Assembly (NCBI RefSeq): GCF_009914755.1
Contig: NC_060947.1
Length of the DNA: 64,000 nucleotides
Direction: 5' to 3' (one strand)
From: the human T2T-CHM13v2.0 reference genome, Homo sapiens
Positions 1 to 64,000 of this stretch are shown piece by piece (position 1 is the first letter of the stretch; every line of letters begins with the position of its first letter). The translations under genes and the position numbers were made by a program. Under the pieces are notes generated by a model. It worked only from the letters and a program-made list of their open reading frames with translations. It was not told where the DNA came from and searched no databases.

Positions 1-323
<323 letters not shown>

Positions 324-875
324 CTAGATCATTGTGGCCTGGGGTCAGAGAAGGCTTCTTGAAGAAGGCGGGGCCTCGAAGGAAGTGAATCAGAAAGGAG
401 AAAGTGAGTGTGCCAGGCAATATGTATAAGGCAGAATGGTTAGGTGAAGCTCAGTAGTTATGGGAGATGAAGTTGATTTGGTTCTTTGGTATCACCTTGT
501 GCCTCCATTTCTCTTCTGTAATATGGAGGGCATAACAGTAATGACCACATAAATTGTTACTAGGATTCAATGAAATAATACAAGGAAAGCACTTAACCAG
601 AGACCATAATGCACAAAGCACCCCACAGATGTTAGCAATTGTTGTTATTTTATATTATTAGGATTGTGGGAGGGCCTTGAATGCAGTATCTGGCATGTGT
701 GCCTTATGTGAGTAATTGAGAGTCATTGATTATTTGAGCAGTGACATGCTGTGCTGAAATACATCTGATAAAATAATTTGTCTGTAATGAGAAGGGTGGA
801 TTGTAGACCCCTCCTACTAGACTTGGCTTTAAATCAAATAGTTGAACTCTTCAGTGCCCAGATACGGTAGAATTA

Positions 876-1376
<501 letters not shown>

Positions 1377-1649
1377 TCACTTTTCTAAGTCCTGTGGTTT
1401 TTTTCCCCATTGTTTCTTTCATTTTTGTGCAGAACAGTTCTAAGACCCAGTATGTCTCTGTCTCTCCTGCTTTCTCCTTTTCCTTGCTGGCTCTTCCATT
1501 GTGTTCTGTCTGAGACATTAGGCAAGTTCCCCTACATCATTTCTACATTGCTCTTGGCCTACCTACTCTGCCTCTAAACCTTTGATGTATCCTTTCTAAG
1601 GGCTTCTGGTTCATGCAATTTAGCAGTAAATAATTACCCCTCTAGGTAA

Positions 1650-2510
<861 letters not shown>

Positions 2511-3159
2511 TCAAATCCTTTGGCTTGCTCTCTGTTTTATTGTTGTGGGTGGTCTGAATGGGCCACTCTTCAGGATCTGTGTTCCTCACTGAGTAAGGTG
2601 GGGCATTTTCAGCTGTGTTCACCATCTAACAAAAATAATAAAGACGAGGAGGAGGAGAAAGAAGAGTGTGGGCATTACAGAGAAACACAATTCTGTTGTA
2701 TGAAACCACTGGAGAATCTGCTGGAGAATCTTTGCTGGAAATGGGATTATTCATTCATTGTTTATTAATTTTGAAACATTTTATTGAGTCCAGGCATTGT
2801 TATAGGTACTGGGGGGTTAACAGCAGTAGATGAAACATGAAACTTCATGGGCTAGAAAGAGACGGCAAATAAAACAGATAGATGAATAACATATTTGTAT
2901 AGGGATCACTCCATGAAAAAGACATAACTGGGTGCTATGATGAGGGCAGGTGGTACAGAAGGCCTCCCAGAGGAGGGGAGATTGAAGCAAAGACGTGAAA
3001 GGAGTAAGAAAGTAAACTGTGTGGATAGTGAGGAAAGAGGATTCTAGGCTGAGGAAACAGGAAGTACAGAGACCCAAAGGAGCTTACTTGAGATATTTGA
3101 GTAACAACAGATAAGCCAGTGTAGCTGGAGCAGAAAGATTAGAAATAGAGTCCAAGGAA

Positions 3160-3523
<364 letters not shown>

Positions 3524-3651
3524 CTATGGTGAGGATTTTAGATCTTACTGTAAAGTAAGATGGGAAGCCATTGGAGGATTTGGGCAAGATTCTCTTTGTA
3601 GCCATTATCCTATTCTGATTCCAGTTCTATCAGTGACTTGCCTGTGTGAAC

Positions 3652-3948
3652 CTTTTTTTTTTTTTTTTGAGACGGAGTCTTGCTGTCTCGCCCAGGCTGG
3701 AGTGCAGTGGTGTGATCTCGGCTCACTGCAGCCTCCGCCTCCCGGGTACAAGTAATTCTCACCTCAGCCTCCCGAGTTGCTGGGATTACAGGGGTGCGCC
3801 ACCACGCCTGGCTAATTTTTGCATTTTTAATAGAGACACGGTTTCACCATGTTGGCCAGGCTGGTCTTGAACTTCTGACTTCAGATGTTTCACCCACCTC
3901 GGCCTCCCAAAGTGTTGGGATTAGAGGCATGAACCACCGCTCCTGGCC
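3652..3948 (-). mobile_element. AluS
   Basis: Antisense Alu dimer, flanking GCCTGTGTGAA repeat. Confidence 0.92.
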
Positions 3949-5292
3949 GCCTGTGTGAATTTGAATGAGCTCTTGATCCCTCAGTTTGCTGTTAGGTAAA
4001 ATGTGGATAATGATACTTACCCCAAGAGGCATTAAAAGAATTAGCTATTGGTTACAAAAGGCTCGCAGCCTTCAAATGACAGGTATGATATAGAGTAATT
4101 ACCATTATTCTGTATAGTCGTTATTTTAACACCTGTCTTCTTTTAGAAATGTAAAAAATATATATAAACTTATACCCTAAGTAGCTGCATTGTGGAAATT
4201 TTTTAAATGTCTAGGAAGTTATGTTTCTGATTTCCCTTTGATTTCCATGAGAGAGATTTAGGATATTCCTTTCTTCTTTGCAAAAGATATCTTAAAAGCT
4301 TCTCAGAAGTTGAAACCCAACATATATCATAAAATATTAGAATGAGAAGAGACCTTACAATTTGTTGTTGGGCAGAGTCTGATTTCTACATAGAGATGAC
4401 TTTTAAAAATATTCCTTACTGTCCAAACTGTGTGTTTCTAGTGTATGAGAAATCACATGGGGAGAGTAGCTTCCAGGCTAGGAAGGCTGCTGTGTTATTT
4501 GTTCAAGTTGAATGAAATTATTTGTAGATTGTGGAAAAATATGATCTTACAGATCATCTCGTCTGATGTCATCATTTTACAAGTGAGTAAACTGAGAGAA
4601 GCAGAGTCTTGAGGACAATTTCACTGCTGGTTAGCAGGAGATACTGGCTGAGAATCAGTATCATAAGACTTTCAGGCAACTGCTCTTTCTGAGTGCTCTT
4701 TCAGGCATCATATTCTCTCCTCAGATTCATAAGCTACCTACCCTAGTGTCACATTTAGATATAATTGCAATGTTAGAGGAAGTGATTTGCTGTAATTTCA
4801 TATCCCTTTCCATGTCCATTGTAATGATGCACTTTGCTAATATGGGAAGTGGTGGCTGCCACAGAATTTCTTTGCTTGGTGAGGCAGCTGTATGTGAAAA
4901 AAAAATTTCTCAGACTATAATTTGACTGTATGCCACAAATGTTTTGCTCTGTATTTTCTCTTCTTCTGCCTCTCTCTTTGTTGCTGGCTGTTGACTCTGC
5001 AAGTGGATTCTGTAGGCTGTCCCACTGAAGCAGCAGAATTTCAGTTTTAGATTTGAACAATTCAAATATAAATTTTTTCATATTATTTTTTTCATGTTAC
5101 TTTTGGCCTGAAAGATGTATTCTAGTTTTGTTATAGATAATTACTGTGATAACTTTAAAAAGCAATGTGTTATACAAAGTTAGTGTTCATTACATGTTAT
5201 TCATTTGAAATGACCTCAGCATGTAATTTTAAGCCTTCTATTCCCATCATTTTAATGAGAGATGTGAACCATTGTCATGAAAATAAGCAAAT

Positions 5293-5420
5293 AGGCCAGG
5301 CAGGGTGGCTCACTTTTGGGAGGCTGAGGCAGAAGGATCCCTTGAGCTCAGGAGTTCGAGACCAGCATGGGCAACATAGGGAGACCTTGTGTCTACTAAA
5401 AATAAAAATAAAAATAAAGA
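5293..5420 (+). mobile_element. Alu left monomer (FLAM-like)
   Basis: Left arm only, then (TAAAAA)n. Confidence 0.8.
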
Positions 5421-7058
5421 AAATAAGCAAACATGCATATATAATCACCATTATGATTAACATTTTCCTTTAATATTAATCTAGATTTCTTCCAGCAAAC
5501 TTAAATGTAGATTAATTGAATATGAGAATATATGTATATATTCTCACATATATGAGATATGTACATATATGAAAGATATAAATATACCCACACATTCTCT
5601 TTCTGTTCCTTTGCATACTAATACAATAACATTTAATTGACTGGCATTGCAAAACAAGCTGATGTTTTCTGCTAGGACTCTTTTCTGTTGATAGCACGTA
5701 GCCCACATGGCCCCTTCCCGAGATAGAAGCTGTAGCATTTATCAGTCTAACCTGTTAGGGTATTCCTTACACTGATATATATTTTTGTCATTCATTAAAA
5801 AAAATCAATGATATTTATACAAGTCAAAAATAAATATCAATGTTATTTATTTTTACTGGTTTTTCTAAAAAGAAATGTCCCTTAAGGCTTTTATATATTT
5901 TGCTTGGTCATGCTATGGAGAAATAAATTGATGTTTCAGGTACTTTGCCAGACGTTAAGTTGTTGGCAAGAACGATCTTGCCAAATAATACTCTTTCCAT
6001 AATTAAAGTTCTCAAAATGATCAGGGATCATATTGGATAATCAGATGGGTAATTAAAAATGACCAGCTTAAATTTTAAAGCCAGGTTCTTCGAATAAGAC
6101 AAGATGCATAGGAATGCATTTCCTCAATAATCACCAGGAGCTGCTCTTCCCATCTCACCCTGAAGTGACTTCAGATCTGTCATCCTGGGAAATTGCAACT
6201 TGAATAAGCTCTGCCTTTCACTGTGACAATTGCTTGACATAGCCTGCAGTTTGTGACTTACTGAAAGAAGCATCAATTCATCAGAGAGCTCCTAATCCCT
6301 TTTCTCACCTCTTTTATCAGACTGTCAAAGTCTGTTTTTAGGGGAGAATAGAGGGACAGCATGAACTCATCAGGCAGTCCCCAACCTTTTCCTGTTCCTG
6401 TGGGCTTTGCTGTGAGTTGTAGCAACAGGCTACTCCTTAACTATTGTGAATCCCTAACTCCAAACAAATGGCATAGTTCCATTAGGCCTGTTGATTTAAA
6501 GCTCAGCACTTGGGGCACTCGACAACAACTGGCAGGCAACTAATGACTCTGTGCTTCCCTGTGAGTGCCCTGTAAATTGGACTTTCAGAAGCAAAGACAG
6601 TGGTACAGTGTAGATGAGTACATGTGTAGGTGAGATGGAAATATGTAATGTGGGTATATGTATATATGTATATATATGCTTTTTATGTTTATTCTTGGAT
6701 TCGTGGTAATAGAAACCAAATTAAAATGATGTAATCATGGTTTGCAATTAAATGGGAAAAGAATGCTATAGTGAAAGGGTCAGGAGATTCAGATATCAGA
6801 ATGCTTTATACATTTCAAAGTGTTAAGTCTTAATTATTGTTCTCTAGATATTTGATTAACTGAGGGTAAATCATGTGATTTTCATTCACTATCTTAGAAA
6901 AATGAAGATAATGATAATTCCTAACATCTTGTCAGGGTTGTCTGAAGATTGTCCAGGCACAATTGCCTGGCAAGCTTTTGAGGTTTTTAGTTCAGAGAAA
7001 CTATTCAAATGCAATGTATATGTAACAAATGTATCATTGCTGGGTTTTCCCCATGTAG

Positions 7059-61388
<54,330 letters not shown>

Positions 61389-61878
61389 GCATGTATTTGC
61401 ATTTTCCATCATTTGAGTTTGTTTTTTTCCATGTTTTGCTAGCGCTAGTGTAGTATAATGTTTTCTAGTTGAACCAGTCAACTTGAAGGTAATTTCAGAA
61501 TTGTTACTATCTGAAGTCCATTAATGTTTTTCTGCATTTCCTTCATAATATCAGTAATAATGTTCATAGTGTGAAGAAATCAGGTGTGTTAATAGATTGC
61601 TGCTTAAACACAGATGTCAGATACTAGTGAAATTACTTTCTGTAGTAGTGTTTGGGATCTTGTATGAGACTAAATTAAGAAAAAGACATATAAATGCATT
61701 TCTCCTCAAAGCATCAAAAAATGTAAAGGTAGAGTAAAATGGTAACATGTTTGTGCTAAATTTATGAAATGCCTTCAGTTATCTCCATTGCTAGTTTTAT
61801 TGAATGCTTTGTTGTATAGCACTATTCTTATGTTACTATGTTTTTTATTTGTCCCTTTTCTTTTCATATATTAATTAG

Positions 61879-61917
61879 ATTTTTTTTCATTTGCGGTGGA
61901 CCGTTTGACTTCAGTAG
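61879..61917 (+). CDS. DOCK11: Probable alternative 39-nt DOCK11 microexon (DFFSFAVDRLTSV), phase 1/1
   Basis: Long pyrimidine tract, taattag| acceptor, TAG|gtaggt donor, open in the frame left by the GC-donor exon. Confidence 0.7.
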
Positions 61918-62886
61918 GTAGGTTTAACTCGGTTCACTCTAAATTAGCTTGCTGTTTTAGAAAACAATTGATTTGATGAATTGCTAAGATGGATGGGGGC
62001 TTTGTTTGCTTTTCAAATTCTCCCTAGCCAAAATGAGGCTTTAGTTAAAGTACCCAGAAAATCTAGGAGGCAGTGTGTTTGTTTAGTTTTAAAATAAAAC
62101 TGAGTGTTGCTAGAGAAATCAACTTTAAAACATTTTCCCTCAAAACACAAGTTCCTGCTGCAAGCCAGCATAGAGGCCATGGATGGGGAACTGGAAGTTA
62201 CTTGTTTTTTTTTTGTTTTTGTTTTTGTTTTTTTTTTGTGTGTGTCTCCTCTCTCAGGCTTGCCTCTCTCAGATGCTGTTTAGTGACACCTTGGCCACAA
62301 TTTTGCAGGTGTAGATGAAACCACCTGATTGGATTTATTCAAATCACCAAAATAACAAATTGATTACCATTTGTAAAATCTACTCAGATAAAGCCACCTT
62401 TGTTAGTCAGTCCTGGCCCTTGTGCATAGAAGGTGATAGGGATTCACAAAAGAGCAAGACCAATGCAGGAAGAAAATAATCTGCCTTGGTCTGTATAGAA
62501 GTATCTGCTGAGTGGTGGTTTTAGTGATGGAATTATAGCCAGTGAAAATGGAGAAAAAAATATTTTTAAACCATAGCACTCCTATTCAGCTACCCCCTTA
62601 TTCGATTCTGAACATGTATAGCTCACATAATTCACCCAATATTTATTTATAACTATGAGGAAGTCAGGAAAAAGAAGAGGTGGACAGATAATCAGGATTT
62701 AGGATTAAATTGGACTACTCGCAGCATTTATTAAGTCCCAACTGAATATAAAGCATTGTATTAAGTGCTGAACAGGCCAAAAGAAAAATAGAAAACATAA
62801 TCCTTCGGCTTCATGGCCTATCTAATTAAATAGCACGGGAGAGGAAATAAAGATAGTAGAAATCTACCACAGAAATTACTAAACTT

Positions 62887-63204
<318 letters not shown>

Positions 63205-63274
63205 CTATAAGTACTTATAAAGCAAGTCCCAACCATGATATTAACATCTGGGATTTAAAATAGACTGAGGATCT

Positions 63275-63580
63275 AGCCTGGGCACAGTGGCTTATGCCTG
63301 TAATCCCAGCACTTCGGGAGGCCAAGGCAGGCAGATCACCTGAGCTCGGGAGTTCGAGACCATCCTGGCCAACATGGTGAAACCCCGTCCCTACTAAAAA
63401 TACAAAAAGAATTAGTTGGGCATGGTGGTGCACGTCTATAGTCATAGCTACTTCAGAGGCTGAGGCAGGAGAACTGCTTGAACCCTGGAGGCAGAGGTTG
63501 CAGTGAGCTGAGATTGTGCCACTGAGCTCCAGCCTGGGCAACAGAGTGAGACTCCATCTCAAATAAATAAATAAATAAAA
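63275..63580 (+). mobile_element. AluS
   Basis: Dimer with (TAAA)n tail; TSD TAAAATAGACTGAGGATCT. Confidence 0.93.
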
Positions 63581-64000
63581 TAGACTGAGGATCTTAAAGG
63601 AAGGGAAAGACTTAGTTCGAAGTGATTATTTTCTGATATAAAATATTTGTTTTTGAGTGATGATGGATTGGAATGAAATGAGACTGTTTTCCTTATTGTT
63701 CTTATGTCCCATGTATATTTTCAGCCCAATATATAATATTTACTAAAACAGTCAATACTGTCAGACTATTCAGTTGTTTAGTTTGTCTTTTCCCACTTTA
63801 TAAGTATAAATGGATAAGTAAATCAAGTATTATTACATAGAATTTTTCAAATTTATAGTTGTGACAAAATCTCTTCAGCTATAAAGAAATCTGTTAAAAC
63901 GTTGCAAAATATATAATTATTTTATTGTAGTTTCTATCCTAAGATTTCTATGAGTTTAAAAGAATCTAGGGGAAAAAAAAGAATTAGGGACTTTCTTTCT

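Noticed and set aside
1450-1527. Pyrimidine tract followed by AG|GCAAGT, a possible micro-exon with a GC donor
   Set aside because: It would need a rare GAG acceptor and a 7-nt frameshifting exon; no other support.
61389-61398. GT donor at 61393 as the end of the last constitutive exon
   Set aside because: Weak context (CAT|GTATTT) and gives phase 2, incompatible with the phase-1 continuation.

Overview
This is primate (human-like) genomic DNA from inside one large + strand gene, DOCK11 (Zizimin2, a DOCK-D family CDC42 GEF). I assembled 24 coding exons (7059-61388, 2734 nt) by hand into one stop-free frame with matching intron phases. They run from the PH domain through the DHR-1/C2 domain into the armadillo-like region, about aa 187-1098 by recalled reference numbering. 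The gene starts before and ends after the window. Introns contain about 30 Alus plus L1, MaLR/ERV LTRs, DNA-transposon fossils and a Y1 RNA pseudogene; most ORF-track entries are repeat-derived noise. I found no evidence of a wholly new multi-gene system. The best splicing leads are a GC-AG donor overlapping GCATG, followed by a frame-preserving 39-nt microexon and a possible poison exon, and a candidate 93-nt in-frame cassette exon. The best genome-history leads are an L1 with a 3' transduction, a locally templated ~120-bp insertion splitting an old L1, a tailless Alu with a perfect TSD, an LTR nested in an Alu, and two inverted L1 3' ends bracketing five exons. Repeat family names come from recalled consensus sequences, and repeat boundaries are approximate.
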